NCBI GenBank assembly: GCA_964016885.1
Contig: OZ024745.1
Span: forward strand, 44,020,001 to 44,084,000
DNA: 64,000 nt
Source: Eledone cirrhosa
Lineage: Eukaryota
Direction: 5' to 3'
The notes below the pieces were generated by a model. That model was not told the origin of the DNA, did not search any database, and worked only from the letters and a program-made list of their open reading frames with translations. A program made the position numbers and the translations under genes. Below are positions 28,759 through 42,748 of this stretch, piece after piece. The first letter of the stretch is position 1; each line of letters begins with the position of its first letter.

Positions 28759-29002
28759 TGGAAGAGAAAAAAAGGAGGTTGAGGTCTCATCAGTAAGGGA
28801 TAAATAGACGAAAGTATAGGAAATATATTTTCGTGCATGTGTGTGTATGCAGTAATGATGACAGTGCCCTATTCTAGCACTGATGCTAGCGTGCATATGT
28901 GCATGTGCCATATGTGTGAGTTTGTGTGTGTTATTTTATGTCAGCCTCACTTTCATTTATCCTAAACTCTGTTTTCAAATCCATATTAAATAAATATTTC
29001 AT

Positions 29003-29072
29003 ATTATTTCTTCTGATGAATGAAGACAGACATAAACATCTGTCTTCAAGAAAATAATTATCTTGAAATAAT
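29003..29072 (+). ncRNA. Probable type I hammerhead ribozyme followed by a 14-bp tandem triplication
   Basis: attatttctt-CTGATGA-at-gaagacaga(cataaaca)tctgtcttc-aa-GAAA-ataatt-ATC-ttgaaataat. TTGAAATAATTATC is repeated three times. Confidence 0.55.
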
Positions 29073-29186
29073 TATCTTGAAATAATTATCTTGAAATAAT
29101 TATCTATTACATAACTAAAAACCTCCGTAGCCTACATAGAGCACTCTCTTTTCCTTTACCTTTCCTACGGAAATACTTCATTTATA

Positions 29187-29273
<87 letters not shown>

Positions 29274-29299
29274 ATATAATATATATATATATATAATAT

Positions 29300-29425
<126 letters not shown>

Positions 29426-29475
29426 ATTATATATATAATATATATATATACTATATATATATATTATATATATAT

Positions 29476-29509
<34 letters not shown>

Positions 29510-29562
29510 ATATATTATATATATATATTATATATATATATATATTATATATATATATATAT

Positions 29563-29593
<31 letters not shown>

Positions 29594-29607
29594 ATATATA
29601 TATATAT

Positions 29608-29638
<31 letters not shown>

Positions 29639-29699
29639 ATATATATATATATTATATATATATATATATATTATATATATATATATTATATATATACGT

Positions 29700-29903
29700 A
29701 CGTTATTCCGGTTGAATCGGAGGTAACCACAGTAAGTAAGGTACTCAATACATTGCAGAGTATAAAAGTTTTAATATAGATGAGATTCTACAGGACTAGA
29801 ACTGTTTCATTCTTTAGAAATCATCAGGAATCTCAGAGATTCCTGATGATTTCTAAAGAATGAAACAGTTCTAGTCCTGTAGAATCTCATCTATATTAAA
29901 ACT
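29700..29903. mobile_element. Perfect fold-back hammerhead mini-element, family H2
   Basis: 68-bp arms 29767-29834 and 29836-29903 with a 1-nt loop. Unduplicated tail at 29700-29766. (TA)n on both sides. Confidence 0.9.
29836..29888 (+). ncRNA. Type I hammerhead ribozyme (identical copy on minus strand at 29782-29834)
   Basis: GAGATTC-CTGATGA-tttc(taaa)gaat-GAAA-cag(ttctagtc)ct-GTA-GAATCTC. Perfect 7-bp stem I, predicted cleavage after GUA. Confidence 0.85.
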
Positions 29904-29933
29904 ATTATATATATATATATATTATATATATAT

Positions 29934-29965
<32 letters not shown>

Positions 29966-30074
29966 ATATAATATATATATAATATATATATATATATAAT
30001 ATATATATATAATATATATATATAATATATATATATATAATATATATATATATATAATATATATATATATAATA

Positions 30075-30603
<529 letters not shown>

Positions 30604-30762
30604 CGTCTTCACGAACCAGAATATCGTCTTCCTGTTTTCTTTCGGTTGCAACGTTTCTCGAAATATTTACTTCTACGTTCACAGATTAAAATTTTTAGTG
30701 TCAGAATATCCCATGTATGTTGAAAGCAGCTATTCTTTGCTTAAACTTTAATCTGTTCTTAT

Positions 30763-31192
<430 letters not shown>

Positions 31193-31675
31193 GCGAGAGA
31201 GAGAGATAGAGGGAGGGAGATGCTTTGTACGACTTTTGGAGGAAGGAGTGACCAGAAGTACGTTGTTCGGTATTATTGCGAAAATGTGTAGCAGAGAATT
31301 CCGCGTGAATTAACAGCTCAGGAGGAAACTGCTTAACTCGAAGATTCATTGACCATCGTTCTTCTCAACGCTCCGTTTACTTGCCATTTGTTGATCTACA
31401 GTTAGATGAATAGCGCACAAAGGGTTAATGTTTATTGGCAACAAGTTTTTTTTATAATAAAAGACGGGTTAAAGCGACCTACAATGTATCTGTGTATATA
31501 TATATCAAGTAAGAATATTTTCGAAACAGCGAGCGGGTTTGAAATTATTATAAATGTAAGCTATCGCCGTATTTTGACTAAAGAAATTAAAGAAATTATT
31601 TAGCCTGGTAGTGGGGTTAAGAACCCTCGGAGAAATGGAAAAAGATGAGTATTGACGTACATTGACGTACATATA

Positions 31676-31814
<139 letters not shown>

Positions 31815-31952
31815 GTGTGTGTATGTATGTATGTATATATATACATATGTGTGTGTGTGTGTATATACATATATTTATATGTGTATATTTATATATGTGT
31901 ATATGTGTATATCTATATATGTGTTTGTATACATGTATATATATATATCTAT

Positions 31953-34900
31953 CTAAGGCGGGTAAAATTCCCGAGATCCATGGACGAGTTCTCTCCAGCG
32001 GGTTCTGTCCCTCATTATCGCTGCCATATCCTGCATCTCCAACAGACCAGTGTCTGTCCTTAGGGCATCAACATATGTTAACCTTGGTCTTCCTCTTCTA
32101 GTGTGTCCATGTAGGGGCTCCCAAAGGAGCACTGAGTGCAATGTCAACTCTGGATGTCGGTGAGCATGTCCAGCCAACCTCAGTCTTCTCTGTGTCACTT
32201 TTGAGCTGACTTTTGGGATGCTCCCATACAGCTCTGAGTTTTTCATCCTCAGTGTATACTGATTAATGTTCAGAGCCATCCTCAGCATTCTCGTGTAGCA
32301 CCCATCCACCATCTGAGTGAGTCTCTTGGTCAGTGTCCAAGTCTCAGACCCACACAGCAGCACAGACTCCACTACAGCAATGAAGAGGCGGATTTTCTGG
32401 TCTCTACGAAGGTCCAACTCCCACACCGACCTCAAGCTGTGACACGCCGCCCAGGCCTTGCTCTTCCTCTCAACCACATCATCCTCCATATTCCCAATCT
32501 TTGCTCCCAAATACAGGAAGTCCTCAACCAATTCCAGCGGCTTCCCGCCTACATTAGTGATCCCCTCTGGCTTCTCAACATTCTCTACCAGATATTTTGT
32601 TTTAGTCTCATTCATGCTCAGCCCCACACTCATTGACACAGTCTCAACCTCCCGCATCAAATCCTCTGCCTCCTTCACTGTATTTGTCACCAAAACTATG
32701 TCGTCGGCAAATTCAGCATCCGATACCTTTTTCGCCCCAACTCTCCTGCTCTGAGCCGGTGCTACAGTAAAGCCAGAGTCCTGGTGTTTCTCCAGTGCAA
32801 GGCGCATACAATAGTCCACTACGATGATAAAAAGGTAGGGAGCCAATGTATCTCCCTGGAGCACTCCAGCCAGTATCTCAAAGAACTCTGTCATCCCATC
32901 AGGTGTAATGACTTGGGCTTTGGTGTTGGTGTAGAGCAGTGATATCAGGTCCACTATCCTCTTGGGGATTCCATAAGCCTGTAAGATCTTCATCAGGCAG
33001 TAACGGTCCACAGAATCAAAGGCCTTCCTAAAGTCAATGAAAACCATGACCGCAGGAAGGCACTTTGCTCTAGCTCCCTCTAATATCCTCCTCAGCATCA
33101 GGATGTGACTGGTGGTTGATCTACCCTCTCTGAAGCCGTTCTGGTTGTCCCTGAGCTTCTTCTCCATCTCAGGCTGGATCCTGTTAAGAATCATCCTGTT
33201 GAGGGTCTTTGCCACAAGTGACGTCAGTGAGATCCCCCGGTAGTTGTTGGTGTTAGAGAGATCTCCCTTCTTTAGCACTGGGACGATGTTACTGATCCTC
33301 CACTGATTCGGGGCAACTCCTTTCTCCAGTGCCCCGTTACAGAACCCCAGGATGATATCATCAAAATCACACCTCTTCATCACCTCTGATGCCACTCCAT
33401 CCTCTCCATGAGCCTTGCCCTCCTTGATCTTCTTCTTGGCTCTCTGAAGCTCCTCTCTGGTGAAGGGCTCTGTCTCAACATCCAGTTCCTCAAACAGCCG
33501 CCTGATCTCCCCAGTGCTCTGGGCTGTGGAGGGTGGCTCTCCTAGTAGGGTCCTAAAATGGTCTAGCCATTTCCTCTTCCTATCCTCGGGCCCCGTTCCC
33601 TGGATCTGACTCGAACACCTTTTCTTCCTCCCTGTGATCTCGTTGATGATCATCCAGCTCTCCTTACATCCAGATCTGTCAACCGCTCTCTCCACACTTC
33701 TGATCTTCTCTATCAGTGCCTCCTCTCTGACCTCAGTGTAAGCGGTACAGAGCTCTTCCCTCATCACCTCCACAGTCTCCATCCTCTCCTCCGTAGGATC
33801 AGCATAGAATTGGTCCCTGGCAGCTTTCAGGTGTTCTCTGGCTGCACACACTTTTGGGTTTGCAGAGCTGACGTGCTTCCCTTTGTTCTTTTTCCTCGGC
33901 ACCAGGGTTTCACTTGCTTTCGCCACTGCATTGGTGAAGTGCCCGTACCTCCTCGTCACACTCTCCTCAGTCCATCCAATCTCTCTCTCCTCTGACTCTC
34001 CACACAGAGCACTAAACCTGTTTCTCACTTCCACTGTGAACCTCTCCTGTAGCTTATCATCTTCCTTGAAAGCTCCCCAGTCATAGATTGTTCTCCGGGG
34101 CTGAGCCTTGCTCTTTCTTAAGCTCACGGACCTCACTCACAACAAGCCGGTGGTCACTACCCAGTGTACTGAAATAGCTGTATGGTTCCGTGTTCAGAAC
34201 ACTATTCCGCCACTTTTTCCTCACCAGAATGAAATCAATCTGGGACTTGGACAGGTGCATATCTGAGATGTAGGTCCACATCTTCCCCAGATTCTTCCTA
34301 AACCCTAGGTTGGTCGCCATCAAGTTCGCCTCCAGCAGGGTGTCTCTCAGTAGTCTTCCATTTCGGTTGGTGTTGTTATGGAAGTACCAGCAAGGATCTT
34401 CACTGCCCTCCTTACTCAGATGTGCATTGAAGTCCCCCAAAACAAGCAGGATATTGTGTGCCTGAGTGGTGTTGACAGCCCCACACACCTCCTCATGGAA
34501 CTCCTCGGCATTCACATCACTGTCCCCTTCGGTTGGACTATAGGCTGAGATGACTGTCAGTCTTGGGTTTCCATTGAAGGTCACTCTCAACACTCGCGGG
34601 GAGATAGGCATTATTTCCCTCACCAACAGATTGGTTTTTGCACTGAACACAAAACCCACTCCTCCTACTGCAGCATTTGTTGTGTTCTTCACTGCCGATG
34701 TAGTGATGAGCTGGCTCTTCCTCCCGATCATCACACTCCTCACGGGCTCATCGTGTAGAATCCTGTGTTCTTGGATCGCAAGTATCTGTATACCACTCTC
34801 CTCGAACAGATGTCCCAACTCCTCTCTCTTCTCCAGCGTTCGAATAGTCCTCACATTCAAAGTGCCCATTTTGATGGCTCTTCTGCAGGACAAAACTGCA

Positions 34901-35085
34901 TTCTTTATATTTGTCTCAGAGACAGCTGATCCATCATCCACTGGCCCTCTCTGTGGCTCTAAGCCAGCAGAGTCATAACGACCAGGCTGCTCCTTGACAG
35001 TGTAATTAGGGGCTCTAACCCTAGTGCTGTTAGATCGACTCTCCATATTTCTTTTCAATGGCTGACAATACCTTACCGGCGCCAC
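31953..35085 (-). pseudogene. APE endonuclease-reverse transcriptase ORF split by one frameshift near 34125
   Basis: APE motifs GTLNVRT, IQEHR, SAYSPT, LGDFNA, QIDFIL, SDHRLV (34081-35085). RT motifs NYRGISL, QNGFR, FIDFRKAFDSV, GVLQGDTLAPYLF, FADD, FLYLG and the RTE C-terminal AGH..RRGRP (31953-34136). Confidence 0.95.
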
Positions 35086-35260
35086 TCGAATAAGGTAGTT
35101 ATTTAACCCATAAATGGAGCCCTAACAGGTACTACCACCCCGGGCCAGGGCAGACCTGGGAGTCATGACAACTAAGGGGTAACTCCACATTCCCCACATC
35201 TCCTGAACTCCCGAACTGGAGCCTTGCCACTGGATGTAGTTTAATGTCATACCCAGGACA
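31953..35260 (-). mobile_element. Near full-length RTE-clade non-LTR retrotransposon inserted in (TA)n
   Basis: APE + RT coding region, ~175-nt 5' leader, stop codon running directly into (TAGA)/(TA)n, microsatellite on both sides. Confidence 0.95.
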
Positions 35261-35271
35261 TATATATACGC

Positions 35272-35315
<44 letters not shown>

Positions 35316-35364
35316 GCGTATATATGTGTGTGTATATGTATTTATGTATATATAAGTATATATG

Positions 35365-35395
<31 letters not shown>

Positions 35396-35454
35396 TTGTG
35401 CGTGAATGTAGCGAAGATAATATGTCAGCAATGACGTGTTCGTCAGAATGTCGT

Positions 35455-35695
35455 TATGCAGACAGCCAGACATACAGACAGATATTATAAGGGCTCGACG
35501 GAGATCGACAACCGGCGCCTAACACCCCTTTAACAACAGAACATTGAAAAATAAAAGCGGCAGTTAGTATCTTTAGACCGCAAGGAATATATAAATGCAA
35601 GTTTGAAGTCAATCGGAGTAGAAATGTGGATTTGTATAGACTTTGCAAAAATGAGGACACACAGACAGACAACAACAGTTTTATATATATAGATG
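35455..35695 (-). mobile_element. Non-autonomous Helitron-like 5' region
   Basis: Minus strand starts TCTATATATATAAAACTG, then (GTCT)n and CCGATTGACTTCAAACTT. The layout is like 39951-40140. Confidence 0.5.
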
Positions 35696-35759
35696 ATTAG
35701 TTTTTTCGTTGTTTTTTGGTATTGTGTGGCTAGGTCTGCCTGCCGCAATGTTCAATTTG

Positions 35760-35890
35760 TCAAGCTATCTCAACGTAAGTTATTACTCTAAGGGCTACCT
35801 TATTGAGTGCTTTACTGCTCATTCCTAATTGTAGGCCGTTTGCTTGGCCACAGCCAAAAGCTTCGATTTTACTAAGCTTCCACTTGTATA
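35760..35890 (+). mobile_element. Tail-only fragment of a hammerhead mini-element
   Basis: ACTC-TAAG(ggctac)CTTA-TT-GAGT-GC hairpin at ~35785-35810, ~75 nt before (TA)n. Confidence 0.55.
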
Positions 35891-36058
35891 TATATATATA
35901 TTCCGATGATTTAATGATGTAATCCATGTTTATTCATGTTCCACCTCATCCCCCCCCCTCTCTCCCTCTGTGATATTTGAATCTACTATGATTTGGGCTT
36001 ACCTTATTCCTATATATATGGTTTTTCATGTCAGTTAGATTCAAACTTACAATGATAC

Positions 36059-36141
<83 letters not shown>

Positions 36142-36189
36142 TGTGTCTGTGTGTGTGTGTGTACTTTAACAGGATATATAAAGGGTCAC

Positions 36190-36690
36190 GAGAGGGGAGA
36201 GTTTGGGGTTAATTGATATAGAGAATGAGATTAGGAGATTATGTTGTATGGTTGATGTAGAGAGGGGGAGTTTGGTAGTTATGAATAGAATGAGAGCATT
36301 GAAAGAGATAGGTATTGATAAATATAGAGAGGGGAAGGGTTTGGTAGTGATGGATAGAGTGAGAGAGAATGGGAGAGGGTGTTGTATGGTAGATATAGAG
36401 AGGGGGATAGTTTGGTGGTGATTGATATAGAGAGGGGTTTGGGAGAGATAATTGTAAATATTTATAGAGAGTGAAAGAGTGTATTAGTCTTAGATATAGA
36501 GAGTGGGATAAGAGAGGTGGTGTCGTGGTAGATATAGAGAGGGGTAGAGTTTGGTTTTAGTAGATACAGAAAGGGGGATTAAAAGAGAGTTTTGTGTGAT
36601 AGACATAGAGAGGAAGAGAGTTTGGTGGCACTCTCTGGTCCCAAATAATAGAAGGGGTGGCATTAATAGGTGGAGGGGTTTGGGAAATCT
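36190..36690. repeat. Degenerate purine-rich ~30-bp minisatellite
   Basis: Recurring GATATAGAGAGGGG..GTTTGGT motif. Confidence 0.7.
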
Positions 36691-36971
36691 GTAATATATG
36701 TTGTTTAGTATTAGATTCTCCAGCTGCTGTAACAATATAAATCAATTACAATAAAATTTCGCCGGGGATTGATTAGCAAAATTTAATAAGCGAGTGGCGG
36801 GGTGGGGTTGGAATAGAAACAGGGGAGGGGTGACAAATATCTGATAAATTAATAAGTGGGTGGTGGGGACGATTATTCAAGACCTGAGGGTACCTGAATT
36901 ATTGATTGACGTAAGAATGAAAGGGCACAGAGCATAATTTTTTTTAAATTATATATATATATATATATATA

Positions 36972-37208
36972 CAGTGGCGGTGGAACTGGAGAGGAGGGCA
37001 TACCCCCCCTTTAATAATTATATTTTCTCCCCAAACTACCAAAACACACATCTATTTGGCTATGCGCTACAATTTATGTACATGTTATGTCTATTGCATA
37101 TCGAAGTTTTCTGAACATTTTAGAGTGTAAAGAGTTAAACTAATCACTACAGCTAAATTGTCCAAATCTCACCACCACAAAAAAAATCAGAAATGCTTCC
37201 ACCGCCCT

Positions 37209-37209
<1 letters not shown>
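36972..37209. mobile_element. MITE with CAG-starting TIRs inside (TA)n
   Basis: CAGTGGCGGTGGAA ... TTCCACCGCCCTG. Confidence 0.65.
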
Positions 37210-37282
<73 letters not shown>

Positions 37283-37287
<5 letters not shown>

Positions 37288-37705
37288 AAAGAATGGAGGT
37301 GTAACACACAAGTTATTATATATTGGTAAACGGAATAGAAAATGCTGACAAATTGTTCACAGTTGAAAAATAGTTTAATTAGGAATAAAAGAATATTAGT
37401 AATTGTATGGGTTAGTATTCAGTTGTGGTTTTAAGTTTTTAAGTTTTTACCGGTTGCGCATTTCTAAATGCTTTTCAAAAATAATTTTGAGATAGAGCGT
37501 CCGTGTTGTTTGCTCTGATCTGAGCAAACAACACGGACGCTCTATCTCAAAATTATTTTTGAAAAGCATTTAGAAATGCGCAACCGGTAAAAACTTAAAA
37601 ACTTAAAACCACAACTGAATACTAACCCATACAATTACTAATATTCTTTTATTCCTAATTAAACTATTTTTCAACTGTGAACAATTTGTCAGCATTTTCT
37701 ATTCC

Positions 37706-37711
<6 letters not shown>
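37283..37711. mobile_element. Long perfect fold-back mini-element family H5 with variant hammerhead
   Basis: 190-bp arms 37326-37515 and 37522-37711, tail 37283-37325, (TA)n flanks. TTGAAAA-gcattt(ag)aaatgc-GCAA-ccg-GTA at 37559-37589 and its mirror image. Confidence 0.85.
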
Positions 37712-37801
<90 letters not shown>

Positions 37802-39950
37802 TTTAACTTGAATTGCGGTTTGTCAAGCAAATGTATAAGCAAGTGTGGTGTTATGAACGTTCTCTGCCCTTTTATATGATCACGGAAAGTACATGAAATA
37901 CCGTGGAGGGAGCAGATTGTATGATAACCGGGTTGTATTGTGCCACTCCAAAAGCTCCAGCTGTGTTTCACAACACTTGTGGAGGAAATCAGAATAGCAA
38001 ATACCCGCTGTCATATGATGCTACGTGCTTCGATTGATACCATTGTTTGTGTTGCCCGGCCAATAATGTTGACAAAAATGAAATGGGGCGTGGAAAATAT
38101 TTCGGTGGTGGAGACAAAACACATCAGCTGGATTAAAACGGATACGGAACAAACAACTATTCCGTCAAAATAACAGTGGTAGACAAGATATTGTAAGCAT
38201 AGAAATGTGTTATATGGAGGATGATGATGAGGAGAATGATGGTGGTGGTGGTGGTGGTAAAGAGGCGGGGCATACAACTAAAGTAGTGGGATTAGAAGGC
38301 CAATATGTCTGGGAAGCATAGTGGCACAGATGATTGCAATCAGTGCGGAGGTTATGCATCACAGGAGTATGTTCTGGTAGCATATATGTCATCCTTTGCT
38401 GAGTATGCCTGGTGGCATAAACAAATATTGAGTGTCCTTACTAATGAACTAAAACAACGATACAACAATGTCAATGTAATGAGAATCAATACCAAATTAC
38501 ACCCTCTTATTTTCCACAAAAAGCTCGAGAAAGTACAACCTAGAAGAATAAACAATGGAAAGCCATGACTCTAATTTCTGAATGGTACTAACGACTGTGA
38601 GGTGCAGGTTTGTTTGAAGGAAGCGATCGTGTTCCACATCAATGTTTCAACATTAAAGCAACGCTTTGGTTTTATAGTATGATCTGACGACTTTAAAACC
38701 TTCTAATTGTTGAATTGATGGCACTCTTGGAAGGCAGTATAGAGTGTGCACATTAAAGAAAGGGCCTAAAATATGAAATGACCTCGGTAATAGTTTGAAG
38801 TATGAGGATGTATTCAATAGAGGTTGGATATATTCGGCTTGTTCAATATCCTATTTAGCTGGCGTAGGATAGCAGAGCAATGATCTACAAAAACTAGAGG
38901 AGAGAGAAGCAGAAAATATTTTGTCATGGATATGGCAGAGACATGGAAGAAATAGATGAAAGATGGGTCAAACCCGTAGCATAGATAGTTGCCGGATAGC
39001 TGGAAGTAGCAGCTTTATCTGATTGGTGTCGTGGTTGAATAAATAACGGAAGGGAAAAGCGTGCTACAGTGTAAGACAAAAGATTCAGACATTCTCTGGT
39101 AGCACCAGTGCTGCTCAGTAACCTCCCTCCCCCTCGAGATAAGAGGGTGGGGAGTAACATCAGAAATCATTGTGATTTCCAATCGACAGCTGGATGAAGT
39201 GAGTGATCCGCAATGCAAGCTGTATGTAAAACATAACATTTTTTCTGCGTGAGTACGTTGGTAGGTAGGTAGCTCGAAGGAAGGGCTCCACCAAACTAAC
39301 TTGACCTAAATATGTTGTATGGCGATGAAGACTTCAGTAGTATTCGATTGATTCACTGAGTCGTTGAAACTCCTCGTTGTATAAATAAATCAGAACTGCA
39401 CCCCCAACATTATCTATACAATGTGAGACAACGTTCGAACTTTATTTGTAATCATTTTCACAAAGAATATTAGTCACCGCAATGTGCTAGTGATTATTTC
39501 ATGAGTAAAACCTGATCCCATATAATTTATATTCTGAGTGTCAGGTCAACTTAACTTTTTTGTTATTAGTTACATGTAAACCAATAAAATAACTTTCTAT
39601 ATATTTTTTAAAATATACGCCTTTCCTTTTTTTATTGTCTTTCTATTCGGTAGGTTACAAACTTCCGAATAAACTCGGAATGTCATATCAAAAGGTACAT
39701 AATGAGGAAATAAATTGAAAGAAAACAGCAGGAAAAGCTAGAAATCAGTAGGACTGGCTTATATGTTGATGTTATTAACTTCAACATGGCCTGAGCTGAT
39801 GATAGTAGTTGTGTAACACATAGTTGTTGTTGTTGTTATTGTTTAACCTCCAAATAAGGTGTAGGTGTGGAAATCTGGTTACGAGATCCGTTTCATAACT
39901 TCGTGGATTCGAGTTCGATAAACCCTGCATGGTACTTCGAGCAGCTGTCG

Positions 39951-40005
39951 TCTACTATAATCATCATTATCTATAAAAGGTAGATTGTTGTTGTTGTTGT
40001 TGTTG

Positions 40006-40051
<46 letters not shown>

Positions 40052-40346
40052 ATGTTCCATGTGTATACATTTTCACAATTTCAAACCGATTCAACTCAAA
40101 GTATGTAAGAATGTTGTAAATGGTCTAACTTAGGTCAACGACTATTTATTTATTTCAAATTCACCCACAATTACGGAAACAATCGATAAAACTAAATACA
40201 TGACGCTTTACTCCTCTCTCTACTCCCCTTAAAATTCGATAAAACTACATACATGCTGCAACTTTCTCTTATATAGGCTTAAACTTACAAACTTCCTTTA
40301 GGAACGTCGAAGAAAGAAGAGAGAAAGAAATGAAGGAGAGAGAGAT

Positions 40347-40415
<69 letters not shown>

Positions 40416-41104
40416 TTTGTTTTTTAATGTGGAACGGTCAAACATTTATTTACTTCAATGACAACGAAGAGAACTTATTACATTTCATACGAAACAACAA
40501 TTATTCAAAAGCAACAGATAAATTTATTCAACAACAAAAAAAAATAGCGATAAATCTTTTTTAAAACATCTCTCAACGAACGTGGAAGAAAGAAGTATCA
40601 GTTTATTTACTATACACAATAATATCCTCTATGAGGTCACTAAACCTGCTAGAAACAGCAGCTAGCTCTCCCCCATATCACACCCTTCCCTACTGTCTTA
40701 AATTTAGAAAACACATATTCTCTATGAGGTCACTAAACCTGCTAGAAACAGCAGCTAACTCTCCCCCATATCACACTTCTCCCTACTGTCTTAAATTTAG
40801 AAAACACACATTAGACAACCATGCAGAACAACTCCATCGCAGCTCTGTTGTTCGGCTGGCATCGTCTACGCGCGTGTTGCGCAAGTACTGTGAAACAATA
40901 AATTTCAACACTTCTTTGCACAGAGATAATATCCATAGGCGAAACTACAATTGTCACTGCTGGCGGAGCTCCTGCTTCGGCAGTCCAGGTCTGCAATTCA
41001 TTCACCCAGTGCCTGGCAGACAAAAAAGTGCTGCCATAAAATGGGTGGTACAACCTAACTTTGGTAACGTACTGACCCCGAGCAACGCCGGGCTTTAATG
41101 CTAG
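39951..41104 (+). mobile_element. Non-autonomous Helitron-like element
   Basis: 5' TCTA(C)TATAA start, internal microsatellites and AAACCGATTCAACTCAAA. 3' hairpin CCCGAGCAACGCCGGG (41077-41092) followed by CTAG|T (41101-41105). Confidence 0.6.
40622..40808. repeat. ~93-bp direct tandem duplication
   Basis: CTCTATGAGGTCACTAAACCTGCTAGAAACAGCAGCTA..AAATTTAGAAAACAC occurs twice. Confidence 0.95.
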
Positions 41105-41399
41105 TCTCTGATAAACCAAAGCTTTACGAGTGTAATTTGGTAGACAGAAACAGTGTAGAAGCTCGTAGGATTAATCGTTCCTGTTCTTAAATTGGTAGAC
41201 TTAATTCATCACCCTGTTTAACATCATAACTATACACTTGGGTGCTTTTAAGGGAGTTCACACTGTGGCAAATATTTAATACAAGACTCCAGTCTGAGGA
41301 CGACTTCCTCCTATCAGTAACGGAGTCTCTGTAAATGGTAATGGGTATGTCCCGCCTCTGAGAAAGCCATAAAAACGGCCAGTGATTGAAAAGATATAT

Positions 41400-41581
41400 T
41401 AATTGTTTCTACTTTAGGCACAAGGCCAGCAATTACCCAGTGCATTACTGGTACTTTATTTTATCGACCCCGTAAGGATGAAAGGCAAAGTCAACCTCGG
41501 CGGCATTTGAACTCAGATCGTAAAGGGACGTAACTATGCTTGAAAGCATGGCGTCCGACCCTCTAACGTTACTGCCAATCC
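41400..41581 (-). mobile_element. tRNA-derived SINE family A
   Basis: Reverse complement of the 58305-type young consensus. Confidence 0.9.
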
Positions 41582-41714
41582 TAAAAACATTCCAGCTGCA
41601 TGATTGTGAATCATACTGCACTCTCCAGTATACGATGGTTAACCGCATAAGGTGTAGTGTTGCGGTTGGACATTCTGTGTCCTGTTTATTTCTGTACAAG
41701 TTGAAACTTATTTT

Positions 41715-41763
41715 AGATATATAGATAGATAGATAGATATATTTCTGATAGATAGATAGATAT

Positions 41764-41804
<41 letters not shown>

Positions 41805-41825
41805 GAAAGGAAGGTAGGTAGATAA

Positions 41826-41878
<53 letters not shown>

Positions 41879-41899
41879 GAAAGGAAGGTAGGTAGATAA

Positions 41900-41960
<61 letters not shown>

Positions 41961-42134
41961 GAAAGGAAGGTAGGTAGATAAATAGATAGATATATTTCTT
42001 TATTAGCCACAGGGGCACAAAAGAAGGGGACAAATACAAAGGGGGAAGTTTACATACAATAAAAACGTGTAAAATGTTATCACAGATGGAATTTAAAAGT
42101 TAGTCGATTTTCCCCAATAGAGATAGATAGATAA

Positions 42135-42167
<33 letters not shown>

Positions 42168-42280
42168 GAAAGGAAGGTAGGTAGATAAATAGATAGATAG
42201 ATAAATAGATAGATAGAGAAAGGAAGGTAGGTAGATAAATAGATAGATAGGTAGATAGGCAGATAAAGAGATAGATAGAC

Positions 42281-42322
<42 letters not shown>

Positions 42323-42335
42323 GGGGGGTTAGATA
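41715..42335. repeat. (GATA)n compound microsatellite with repeated GAGAAAGGAAGGTAGGTAGATAAA interruptions
   Basis: Seen directly. Confidence 0.9.
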
Positions 42336-42362
42336 GATAAATATAATTCGACGAACAATATA

Positions 42363-42748
42363 TAATTGTTTCGACTTTTGGCACAAGGCCAGCAATTACC
42401 CAGTACATTACTGGTACTTTATTTTATCGACCCCGTAAGGATGAAAGGCAAAGTTAACCTCGACGGGATTTGAACTCAGACCGTAAAAGGACGTAACTAT
42501 GCTGGAAAGCATGGCGTCCGACCCTCCACCGATACTGCCAATTCACCGCCCTTACAATATATAATTTTTTCTACTTTTGGCACAAGGCCAGCAATTATCC
42601 TAGTGTATTACTGGTATTTTATTTTATCGACCCCGTAAGGATGAAAGGTAAAGTTTAACCTCGGCGGGATTTGAACTCAGACCATAAAGGGCCGTAACTC
42701 TTTGCTGCAAAGCATGGCGTCCGACCCTCTACCGATACTGCCAATCCA
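42363..42748 (-). mobile_element. Two tandem SINE family A copies
   Basis: Copies at ~42363-42551 and ~42560-42748. Confidence 0.9.

Noticed and set aside
37806-39240. Possible degenerate coding relic (DVFCL..TE resembling an APE N-terminus on the minus strand)
   Set aside because: Only one weak frameshifted motif. A translated homology search is needed.
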